Assembly: GCA_964016885.1 (NCBI GenBank)
Contig: CAXHJY010000386.1
Location: 1 to 64,000 of the forward strand
Direction of reading: 5' to 3'
DNA length: 64,000 bases
Origin: Eledone cirrhosa
Taxonomy: Eukaryota
Position 1 is the stretch's first letter. Each line of letters opens with the position of its first letter. The notes below the pieces were generated by a model, which saw only the letters and a list, made by a program, of their open reading frames with translations, was not told where the DNA came from and did no database searches. Of the stretch, positions 53,532-64,000 are shown piece after piece. The position numbers and the translations under genes are program-made.

Positions 53532-56053
53532 AACTTTTATAACTTATACCGCTTACAACAAATTCAAGAAAAAGTTGAAATTAGCACCACGCCTAGTACT
53601 TTATAACTAATACAAAATAAACGTGAACAAATATCTATTAATTTATCGAATGGCCAAGATTTAATAAATATATCGAAGGTTGGGGAGGGGGCTAGGAGAA
53701 AGACGTGTCTGTAATTAAGGAAAGTAAAACGTCATTTAAAAAAGACCGAAGCGGCTTTTAAATAACTCAAGACGAATGAAGTGCTTTTGAATTGTCTCCC
53801 TTTAACGGTTGCTTCGTGGTAAATTAGCTTCGGTTTTACGTGACTGACGATCAAAGGCATTCTAGCTATAACCACTCCATCATTTTTCTCCAAATATAGT
53901 ATATGCGGAACTCTATTTTTGGTAATTTTTCACTGTTGCATCTCGCTTTGGAGGTGAAATTTGTGTTTTTTTCCTGTGGGTTTTGTTGCATTTTAAACGA
54001 ATCTGACTATAAAACCATTAGAAATTTTTTTTTTTAATTAACCGGGTGAGGTACCGGTGCTCCGTATTCATCTTCTTTGTCCAACCCATGTGAGCAAGAA
54101 AGAAAGATGTGCTTCCTACTCCCACGTACATCGTTGATTTACTTTCCCCAGTCCAACCCATGCCAGCATTGAAAGCCAAGCGTGCCTCACAATATACCCC
54201 CAAACGCAACTCACTTCAAGGCCACCTCATGACTCGACGCTTCCTTTCTCACGGTTGTATGAGCACGACATTGGCACCTGATCAGTCTACTCTCAGTATC
54301 GTCTAACCTATGAAAGCATGGAAAATAGATGTTAAACGGTGGTGATAATGATGATATAGTTCAGGTGTAGATCAAGTCTACAACTGTCTGACGAACCAGT
54401 ACCATACAGGGGGAACAAACCACTGGATCAGCCTTAATAGACTAATCTCAAGTACGGTATTGGGTGTTCCTTCTCATGTTTGCATACTAAACATATATAT
54501 ACAATCACCATCATCATCATTTAACGTGTATTTTCCATGTTTGCATAGGTTAGATGGCTGCCGCATGCTGAGGCCAGACCTGTCAGGTGACTAGGTCCTG
54601 CTCATATGCTCTGTTTTGGCTTGGTTTTTACGGTTGGACGCCTTTCTAATAAAAACTACTTTACAGTGAATACCTGAAGCATGGTTTCTATAACTGGATG
54701 CCCTTTCTAACACCAACCACTTCACAGCGTGTGCTGCAATATATATATATAGGCTCATATATTGGAAACACTGTCCAGAGACTTCGCATATGGATCGAGG
54801 ATTATATGAACACAAACTTAGAATCAACAGCGATTATAGTAAAGAATTCAGCATGTTTGGTGGGTGTCCATCAAGGCTTTGTCGTTAGCTGGCTTCCGTT
54901 TTTAATAGTCTTTCTGGCAATAACAGAGTATCTTAGGCCTGGCTGCCAATAGGAATTCCTATATGCAGATGATTTAGTTGCCATAGCTTAATCTACTATG
55001 AAATCGGAGAAATTCCAGACTTGATAGTAAGATCTGGAATTAAAAAGTCTGAAAGTTAACCTACCCAACACACGTTATATTGAAGTCATCATGGAAGCCA
55101 TTGAGAGAAACGTGGGTAATTTGGGAATCAAAGAGACCCTTCTTATCAACAGGTATAAACCTAGTATTAACAACAGATCTATGCTACATGGAGTTGATTG
55201 TTTATTGTAACTGGTCGGTGCATGTTAACTTGGAGCCTCTGACAATTAGTGGTACCAACACCAAAGAGGTTGTCATGCCCTTGGTATAACAGAATAATCT
55301 TCCCAGCCCTTAATCTGGCAGGTTTTCTGTAGCTGGATGTCCAACCACATTACAGAAAGTACTGGGTACATTTGTATATTTATATGTAGCGAGAAAGTCA
55401 GTAAGAAAAACGTGCTCTATATATACTAATTTATTTCAAAATGGATGGCTGAAGAAATGCCGACTCATTCGCGATTATGATCATATAATTTAGTCAGACC
55501 ATGAAACCTAAGGTTGCATAACGATTTTCATGTGTACAATTAAGAGTAAACGAGAGTGTATAAAGGCGCATGGCTTGGTTGTTAGGTTGTTGGGCTCACA
55601 ATTGTACATAAATTTCAATTCCTGAACCGAGTAACATGGGTCTTTGAGCATGACATGTTATTTCCCGTTTTTCTGATGTCACTAGGGCATATGCCTTTCC
55701 CTTAGACAACATCAATGTGGCATGCAGAAGGGAGACTGGCATGCATGGATGAGTACTCGTCTTTCACAAAACAGCTTGCCCAAAGTTGCACCCTCAAAGA
55801 ACTTTCCAGATGCAAATCCATAGCGATATATACAGGATGGTCCCACCCACAACGTATACACATATTTATTAGGATGCTGTTGAAGTGTGTATACATTTTT
55901 GGGGACACCCTGTTTGTGTATATAAATATATATATATACACACACATGCATATAAATATCCTACATAAGGGTGAAAGCAGAAATTGTTTGCTTAAACTTT
56001 TAATCTATGCTAATAAATAATTATATTTGTTTTTATTGTTTACCACCTTAATT

Positions 56054-56087
<34 letters not shown>

Positions 56088-56160
56088 AATTAAGGTGGTA
56101 AAAAATAAAAAATACTGACCTTTCCTGTTTATAATTATATATAGTGTATATATAAGTATA

Positions 56161-56253
<93 letters not shown>

Positions 56254-56339
56254 CAAAGGGATATTTAATTATCCAGGAAAAACGTGAACCGTTAAGATCT
56301 CGTTCCTGAATATGTCAATATTTATAAAATAAACTTTGT

Positions 56340-56398
56340 ATTTTATCTGATGAGTGCGTACCAACATTTTGGTACCCTTGAAATATATATAATAGAAT
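56340..56398 (+). ncRNA. Minimal hammerhead motif in a solo pseudo-LTR fragment of the Penelope-like family at 41930-45065
   Basis: attttat-CTGATGA-gtgc-gtaccaa-catt-ttggtac-cctt-GAAA-t-atat-a-ta-atagaat. Region 56300-56443 is the reverse-complement homolog of about 41937-42078. Confidence 0.75.
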
Positions 56399-56941
56399 AA
56401 ATATGGTTTTATAAATATAGTTTCCATTTATTAATATCATTGATATATACACACATATATATATATATTTAATACATTATCAGAGAAAGCTTTAAGCAAT
56501 ACTCCGACCGACTTCCTTAGTATAATCCCAATTATACGTTTGGGGTGCTAACTATACGTATTTTGAGGATAGTCAGTTGTATTATTTTATATTAGACATA
56601 ATTAAATACACCCCTCTTTCCAAACGATCGTTTCATTATAAGTTTTCTACAAGTTGGGAAAATAATTGTTTCTACTTTTGGCACAAGGCCAGCAATTACC
56701 CAGTACATTACTGGTTGGGAAAATAATGTCCAGGTTATGTAGAAGCCTCCACATAGTCTATAGGAATATATGCAGGTGGGCACTTACAAATCATCAGGGA
56801 TTTGAACTCAGAACGTCCCTTTACGATCTGAGTTCAAATCCCGCCGAGGTTGACTTTGCCTTTCATCCTTACGGGGTCGATAAAATAAAGTACCAGTAAT
56901 GAACTGGGTATTTGCTGGCCTTGTGCCTAAAGTAGAAACAA

Positions 56942-57572
56942 ATATAAAGTTGAAGTTCCTGTCTGTTTGTTTGTTCACGAACGCCTATGGTTTTGGAGAC
57001 AGACTCCCATAACCATATATATTCTGAAACTACATTGCCCAGGGTACTTGGATAAGTATATTTCATTTTAATCAAAGGGTTCCCCGGGGGCACAAACAGC
57101 CGCTGAAAATTTTTTTTCTTCGATTTATGAAATTTAAACCATAGGTAAATGACAAGATATGATGCCTATTCACATAATTTCAGCAAATTTCAATAATATT
57201 AAGACACCCTAATGGGGATTAAGCACCCTATAGTGAACATTTTGGCAGCCCATAACTTGAGAATTGGAACTTTGAATTTCTAATTTGAAAATAATGCTTT
57301 ACACAAATATGAAATGATCAAGTTTTGAATTGATATTTTGAAAAAAATAATTTACAAGAAACAAAATAAGAATAAGATTTAATAATGTAATTTTGATTTG
57401 ATATATTACAAAAAATGTTTACCAATTTTTAACGCATTACAATCTAAATTGAGTAATATTGAAATGCAGAGTTTTTCTCCATAAATTATATCACTAATTT
57501 AAAATCAATCATCATTTTCTTACAACAAAAAAAAAATGTATGAAACGCAGCAAGGCGCGGGTAATTCGGCTA

Positions 57573-57573
<1 letters not shown>
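56942..57573 (+). mobile_element. Non-autonomous Helitron-like element
   Basis: 5' region with ctgtctgtttgtttgtt microsatellite; GC-rich 3' end acgcagcaaggcgcgggtaattcggCTAG followed by T. Confidence 0.6.
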
Positions 57574-57631
<58 letters not shown>

Positions 57632-57789
57632 AAAGTTAAACAAGGTTCAATGAATACATCAAAGAATGAGTTTTACAATATATTGGAAGCACTCAACAAT
57701 GAGGGTTTCCAGAGTTATTCATATTAATTCAAAATATTAACAAAATAGATATTCTTGTGATCAATTATATTTTATTATACATATTTCAG

Positions 57790-57827
<38 letters not shown>

Positions 57828-57869
57828 CACGCAGAGAATTTTTTGTGTGGCAGAAAAAAAATCTACTGC

Positions 57870-57990
57870 GAAAAATGAGCATGCGCAATTATTTTTAGCA
57901 AGGGAGAGAAGTAAGAATCAACTTCCGTTTTCACCCCCTTACCATTACAGTCGGTTCAAAGAGATCAAAAGGCAAACATTGACGAGGTAT
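57870..57990 (+). promoter_or_regulatory. Candidate COP1 promoter and non-coding first exon
   Basis: NRF1-like GCATGCGCA (57879-57887), ETS-like ACTTCCG (57921-57927) and a possible donor GAG|GTAT at 57987. The COP1 ATG exon starts with an acceptor, so an upstream UTR exon is expected. Confidence 0.35.
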
Positions 57991-58682
57991 CTAGAAATTG
58001 TTGATATTATCGTTGTTGTATCCAAATCCGTGGTTGTCGCGGCTTTCTTATTTCCCCCTCCCTTCTTCTTCACAGCTCTGTCCTCTTTACTACTTGTTCA
58101 TTAAACGGGGCCCTAAAAAAACCAAGGGGTTCAAACATACGCTACCCCTTCTACTAGTTTTGCCTTGTATGTTTCACTTCTGTTGTCTACAGAAGTGCCC
58201 ACACCCACGTGTCATAAGGTCAGGGCAGTTCATTTAGAAAGCTGAGATGATAGGCATATCTCTTCTTACACCATCGTACATCCGAAACTTTTTCCAGGAA
58301 ACGATGTGGGTTTGGTTGTGACATTTCCACTCGCAATTGAAAACACCTTTTACCACTTACACTCGCTAACCCTCATCGACTAATAAGTAAAGAGGTATTG
58401 TCACCGTTAATATTATTGTCATCCTTGAAATTTCATTGAGTTCACTGGTTACTTACTGCCACACTAGTTCTGTCGTTTTTCCACCGAGCACCTAACCAAT
58501 ATTTTCCTCCATCTCGATATTCTATGTGTGAAAACAAACCTATCTCTCTCTATATATATGTCTGAAGTAGTAATTATATGTATGTATGTGCGTATATTTA
58601 TATATATATATATATATATTTGCGTATGTACCATTACATAAACACACACGTATATATATATATGTATATATATAAATAAGTG

Positions 58683-58895
58683 AAGGCGTGTGGCTGAGTG
58701 GTTAGAGTATTGGATTCATAATCGTGAGGTTGTGAGTTCGATTCCTGAACCAGGCGATGCGTTATGTCCTTGAGCAAGACACTTTATTTCACGTTGCTCC
58801 TTCTACCTGGAGTTGCGACCGATAGATAGTATTAGCAATTGGAAAGACCAACGGAAACATAGTTTCCTCGGTCCGATTTGACGAAAGTCGATCGA
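58683..58895 (+). mobile_element. tRNA-derived SINE family B, CORE-like (copies 3727-4010, 6715-6990 minus, 13530-13742, 14815-15005, 23995-24130, 55563-55670)
   Basis: A box tggctgagtgg, B box gttcgattc, then ccttgagcaagacacttt, which resembles the CORE-SINE ccttgggcaag..actt motif. Confidence 0.8.
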
Positions 58896-58987
58896 CTAGA
58901 AAATATATAAATAAAATGATGCCTATACTCTAGCTACGTATTGAATTCCTTTTTGAACTTTGACAATTTCCCAATCCCCAATGGAAT

Positions 58988-59053
<66 letters not shown>

Positions 59054-61000
59054 TACATACCCACGCAGTTTAGGAGAGTCGGCTGATTAGAATTTTTGTT
59101 GTTATTTTCATTGTCAAGTTCTCTAGTAATTACGCCTGTTTGTGCGTGTTTTGTCCCATTTCCCACTCTCTTCATTACTTTGATTCCAACGCAACACAGT
59201 ATTCTCTCATCTCTGATATTTTGGTTATATATATATATGTACACACACAAACACACACATATATATATATATATATATAAGAGAGTCGGGGCCCCGACTC
59301 TAATATATTTACACTACTGTCCTAAGTATCGAGTACTATATATATATATATATATATATAGGAAACCCAAATGGTTTTAAAACATTTTGGAAAAATATGT
59401 TTTAAATCCCGAAACACCTTTGTATTTTCTTTAAATACATATTAATGCTCTATGATGTCGCTTATTTTCCAATCTTTGGAACCGAACCTTGGAACTATTT
59501 GATCTGAATGATCGATAATCATAACAATACATCAGGTTTACCAGCATCTTGCTTAGTGAAAACCAAGTGGATATCTCCATTTATAAATTTATGTATATAT
59601 ATATATAAACATAGTCACAAACACCATTATCAAATACTATATGCACTTATGGTACCTTACATAGATAATGCCTGGAAATATCTAGCAGATACAGACAAAT
59701 ATATACCTTGTGAGTGAAATTTAGTAGACGGAATCTGTGAAGAAGCCCGTCATATGCATATCTAAACACCTATGCCTTGCGTGGTTTCATTAGTCAATGC
59801 TAAAAAAAAATAAATAAACGTGATAGATCTCACATCGATTTGTGCGATGTGTGTTCAGTGATCTGATCAGTTGAAGTACTAGCGTACCTTTTGATGTGTT
59901 CAGTGGCTGATTATTCTGCTGCAAACACTTGTAACCTTAATGTAAATAATCTCAAGTAGAATTATCTTGATACTGTGGGTGTGTGTGACAAAGTTGACTC
60001 CCTTCGAATAATGAGTGCTGTTCATACGATTTCTCTCACATGGTTAACTCGAGGATTCGATGAAAGATGATTGCTTTTGCAAGTCTGCGCCCATACAATG
60101 GCTTGCAAAGCCGATAGCTTTGGCGAACCACAGCATTATAATAAGTATGTATATATTTTTTGGGACACCCTATATAAGTATATATATTTATATATGCATA
60201 CACTCACACACGCATATCTAAATGTGTGTGCATGTATGGACCTTTGGAGTCGTAGGGGTGTCGTAATGAGGTACGGCGTTTCTTGGTCACTTTAAACCTG
60301 GCGTAGACCCTCCCTTCTTCTGGTATGAATACAGCCGATTTCTCCCAATGAAGGAGAGAAAGTGAGAAAGAGATATAGTGGAAGAATCACCCAATACGGG
60401 ATCGGTACTTTTTTTCATCGACTTCGATAGGATGAAAGGTAAAGTTGAACTCAACGGGATTCGAACTTCGGGCGCAATATATGTGTGTGTATATTTATAT
60501 TTATTTATATTAGAGGTGTATACGAAAGTAGATGCGATATGTTTATGTATAATAAACATGCATAAGTCTTTCTACAAGTATTTTAAACTGTGCTCATGTC
60601 ACAGTATCTCAGTACCGTGTGAAATGCCAGATGCTAGCGTTTCAGGATTCTTGCTCATTATTGATGACGTTTACTCAATTGGTATTGAGACAAGATAATT
60701 TAATTGCTGAAATGACAGGCCGATGAAACCGAGAATGCAAAGAACACGGCGGCCATATGCCTCTTAAGTCATAACCATCTTTCTAAAAATAACGTATTTT
60801 TATTGTATCATACACGATGACAAATAAAATACAGCTATAGCTTATATACTTTCGCTTATAAAACGTCTGATGGTGATGTTGAGTTGCATATAGTGCGAAC
60901 TTGACTTGCTAGAATGAATTGGCGGTAGCTCTAACATAGCATCACTCATAATAGCGATGTATATATGGAGGTATGTACAATATTTATTTATACATACATA

Positions 61001-61100
61001 CAGGGTATCTTAAAAAATGTATACACACTACAACAGCATTCTAATAAATAATTGCTTGTACAAGTAATGAAAGTGAGTATACATTTTTGGGACACCCTGT
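61001..61100. mobile_element. Tc1/mariner-type mini-MITE (related copies about 55833-55912 and partial 60145-60172)
   Basis: TA-flanked imperfect TIRs cagggtatcttaaaaaatgtatac and gtatacatttttgggacaccctg. Confidence 0.7.
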
Positions 61101-61603
61101 ATATATAAATCAGGATGGACTCAGTTTGAAACTAGTTAGACCATTACTCAACAGAGTACTTGGTACTTGAGGTAGTAGAGTATGGTTATATTATAAAGAG
61201 TTGGGACCCCAATGACTGAACTCTTGCCGTTTCAACAGCTCATCCATCAGGTCCCCGGACTTATAATACACACACACACCTGTATGACGAAATGAACAGA
61301 TATGCCTTTTCTCAATTTTTTTTCCTTTTTGCCCTTGCTCACTCTTTATCTTTCTATTCTTTAATTTCTCATTCTATATTCTAATGAAGGACTAGCGTCT
61401 GAAACATCAAGACTATTCCTACTGTATTAAGCTTGAAACTAATATATATCTTCATTGAAACTCATCGTTTGTTGTGTTTTTTCTGTATACTTTTTGCACA
61501 TACACACACACATATATATATATATGTGTATATATATATATATATATTTGAGTAAAGTGTTTGTTGATGTGATTGCAGGAAAATAAAAGTGATAGACGAT
61601 ACA

Positions 61604-61734
61604 ATGTCAAGTAGTACTGGGAGTTCAGCTAGTAGTTCTTCCCAGTTAGGACCAAGGCGTCGGAAGAGACCTCACCCTCATGTCTACAGTGGCATAGATG
61701 GCACATTTGAAGACAAGGATAATGACTACATTTG
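61604..61734 (+). CDS. COP1: E3 ubiquitin ligase COP1/RFWD2, first coding exon (MSSSTGSSASSSSQLGPRRRKRPHPHVYSGIDGTFEDKDNDYI + TG)
   Basis: Acceptor AG at 61577-61578, ATG at 61604, donor GTAAGT at 61735. RKRP and FEDKDNDYIC resemble recalled vertebrate COP1 RKRP...YEDKSNDFVC. Confidence 0.88.
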
Positions 61735-62466
61735 GTAAGTGAGCCTTTTTTTACATTAATGAAAACAGACAACGATCACGAAAATAAGCAGCCAAAATTG
61801 GGTTCCTTTGAAGGGTCTTTGGATTAATGTTACTTGATTGAGTGCGTAGCTTGGAGATCAGTGAGTCGCTCCAGGTAGAGCCGTTACTTCTCTGAATTGA
61901 GAAATCACAGATCCAATATTATGGACATGTAGTTAAAATGTCTCAGGAAAGAATTGCTGAACAGATCTTGTGAGCAAAACCAACTGGCAGGAGACCCAGG
62001 GGTAGACCCCAATCAAGATGGTAGGATAACATTCATGAGCTCAGTTGGTTTTGTTTGGGGATCCATCTGGATTAATTGGAGACGGTTGCTTCTGACAGGG
62101 CCTGTTGGAAGAAGTGTTTGAAGACTCTGTCCCCATGACAATCTCAGGAATAAATGGTCAAAGAAGAAGCGAGCTGTTTGGGGAGTTGGGTTTGTGGTCG
62201 TAGCATGACCAGTTTGCTTTACAATCATGGGTTTATGGGTTTGATCTCTATGCTTGGCCCTTGTGAAGAAAATATTTTGCTGACAGAAACTGTTTGGTTA
62301 TATTTCAGTCTCTCTATTGTCTATATCTGCAAATAGTGCACATTCTGACATGCAGTGATAAGTTGTATATGGTGTAGTGTTAGTTTGAATCTGATGTACT
62401 CTCTCTACTCTATTATAAGAAGTTAAAATATGATTTGATCATTGTTTTTCTTTCTCTTTATTTCAG

Positions 62467-62526
62467 TCCAATTTGTTTTGATATTATTGACGAAGCCTAC
62501 ATGACACCATGTGGACACACCTTTTG
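62467..62526 (+). CDS. COP1: COP1/RFWD2 second coding exon, RING finger start ((C)PICFDIIDEAYMTPCGHTF(C)); gene continues beyond the identified exons
   Basis: 60-nt phase-2/phase-2 exon with polypyrimidine acceptor and GTAAGT donor. Matches recalled COP1 [21 protein letters not shown]. Confidence 0.92.
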
Positions 62527-62745
62527 GTAAGTACTACTGTGACTATGGTGTCAGTTTCATCTCTCTGGAGTAGTATGGATACATTTCAGTAAATACTAGT
62601 GTAACTATGGTGACCGTTTCATCTGCTGGAATAGCAGGGGTATATTTCAGTAAGTACCAGTGTAACTGTAGTGATTATTTCATTTCCTTGAGGTAGTAGC
62701 GATATATTTAGTAAATACTAGTGTGACTATGGCGACTATTTCATA
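62527..62745. repeat. Degenerate ~61-bp tandem repeat starting at the COP1 donor site (another ~59-bp repeat at 63785-64000)
   Basis: gtaaRtact.gtgtRact.tggtga...tttcat... about 3.5 units. Confidence 0.7.
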
Positions 62746-62954
62746 TACCGTATTTGCTGGCCCATTGGAAGCCCCTGGTTTTATAAGGACATTTTGAGAA
62801 AAAAAGAATTTTAGTAAATTTCTTCATAAATTATTTCATTGTTTTCTCAGAAACTCTTATAAGTTCGACATCATTTTGCTTATATAAATTGTATTGTATT
62901 ACTGTATTAGTAATACTAATAGTAATACAAACTAAATCTTGTCCAGGTAAAAGT

Positions 62955-63062
62955 CATGCTGAAAACGCCAGTTCTTGTATGATTACTAAGGTTAAGCAAT
63001 GTAGAGCCTAGTTATTACTTAGATGGGTGACTGCTTGGGAAACCTAGGTGCTGTAAGCATCT
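62955..63062 (+). pseudogene. 5S rRNA pseudogene (5'-truncated, diverged) in a COP1 intron
   Basis: catgctgaaaacgccagttcttgt..gttaagcaa..gcctagttattacttagatgggtgactgcttgggaaacctaggtgctgtaagcat follows the eukaryotic 5S consensus (box A, box C, GGTGCTGTAAGC end) with many substitutions. Confidence 0.85.
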
Positions 63063-64000
63063 TTTGTAGACCACACTGTAAATGTGGTTGGTGTTAGGAA
63101 GGGCATTCAGCTGTAGAAACCAAGCTAGAAACAGTTCTATATGAGCAAGGTACTGTCATCTCACCTGACTTGACTCACAACAGGACAACTCATCTAATCT
63201 ATGCTGGCATGGAAAAGTGGACGTTAAATGAGGATGATGATAATTCCAGCTCTTTATATTCTGAGCTTAAATCCCACCAAGGTCGACTTAATTTTTCATC
63301 TTTCCAGAGTTTGATAAAGATAAAGTACCAGTCAGGTACTGGGGTTAATATATTCAACATTCTTCTCCTAGTGCTTAAATTAGAAATCATTAAGTTGGTG
63401 TTTGGAACATAACTTAATAAAGGTTTATACATAAAATTATGATGGAATTTTTTAGATAAATATAATAGTTTTGAAATAAACTGATTAGACCTGGGGTTGA
63501 TATAATCGACCCACCTCTCTTCCCCAAATTACTGGCTTTGTGCCTAAATTAGAAACTATTATCTTCATGTGAATGTGTGGTTCTAGATTTAGACTGCTAT
63601 CTTTGTCCTTAAGCATCTTCATTTCCTTCATCTAATATAATTCTATTTTCTATATTGTTTAGTGGTGAGTGTATCAAGAACTGTATTGAACAAAATAAGA
63701 AATGTCCGCGCTGTAATTTTGTTATTGAGAGCGATGAACAGATATTCCCTAATGTTATGTGTAAGTATTTCATGTATTGCCATTTTAAATCTTAACCCTT
63801 TTCCTCACTATATTTCTTACAAAATAGCATACAATGTATTCCCACTTTAGATCTTAATCCTTTCCTCACTATATTTCTTACAAAATAGCATACTGTGTTC
63901 CCACTTTAAATTTTAACCCTGTCTTCACAACATTCCCCAGAAAATGTCATACTTACATTGTGTTCCCACTTTAAATCTAAACTCTTTCCTCACCATGTTT

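Noticed and set aside
58685-58755. tRNA gene
   Set aside because: A and B boxes are present, but the sequence continues into a multi-copy SINE body and lacks a clean cloverleaf.

Overview
AT-rich, microsatellite- and transposon-dense animal genomic DNA. The repeat content suggests a cephalopod (octopus-like) genome, which is inference. Most ORFs in the track are artefacts of (TA)n/(TG)n tracts or minisatellites. Three host genes can be built from splice signals. (1) A 3-exon gene I cannot assign to a family (9979-34394, +) encodes a 128-aa Pro/Tyr-rich protein with a PPxY motif and a C-terminal membrane anchor. (2) XRCC2 lies at 51422-53531 (-) with 2 coding exons. (3) The first two coding exons of COP1/RFWD2 lie at 61604-62526 (+), divergent from XRCC2. 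Mobile DNA includes RTE-clade LINEs, CR1-like LINE ends, a decayed Penelope-like (Naiad-type RT + GIY-YIG) element, two tRNA-derived SINE families, piggyBac-, hAT- and Tc1/mariner-type MITEs, Helitron-like elements and a 5S rRNA pseudogene. The most striking signal is several distinct families of minimal type-I hammerhead ribozyme motifs. They sit mostly in long palindromes next to (TA)n tracts, and one family is tied to the 3' end of the Penelope-like element.
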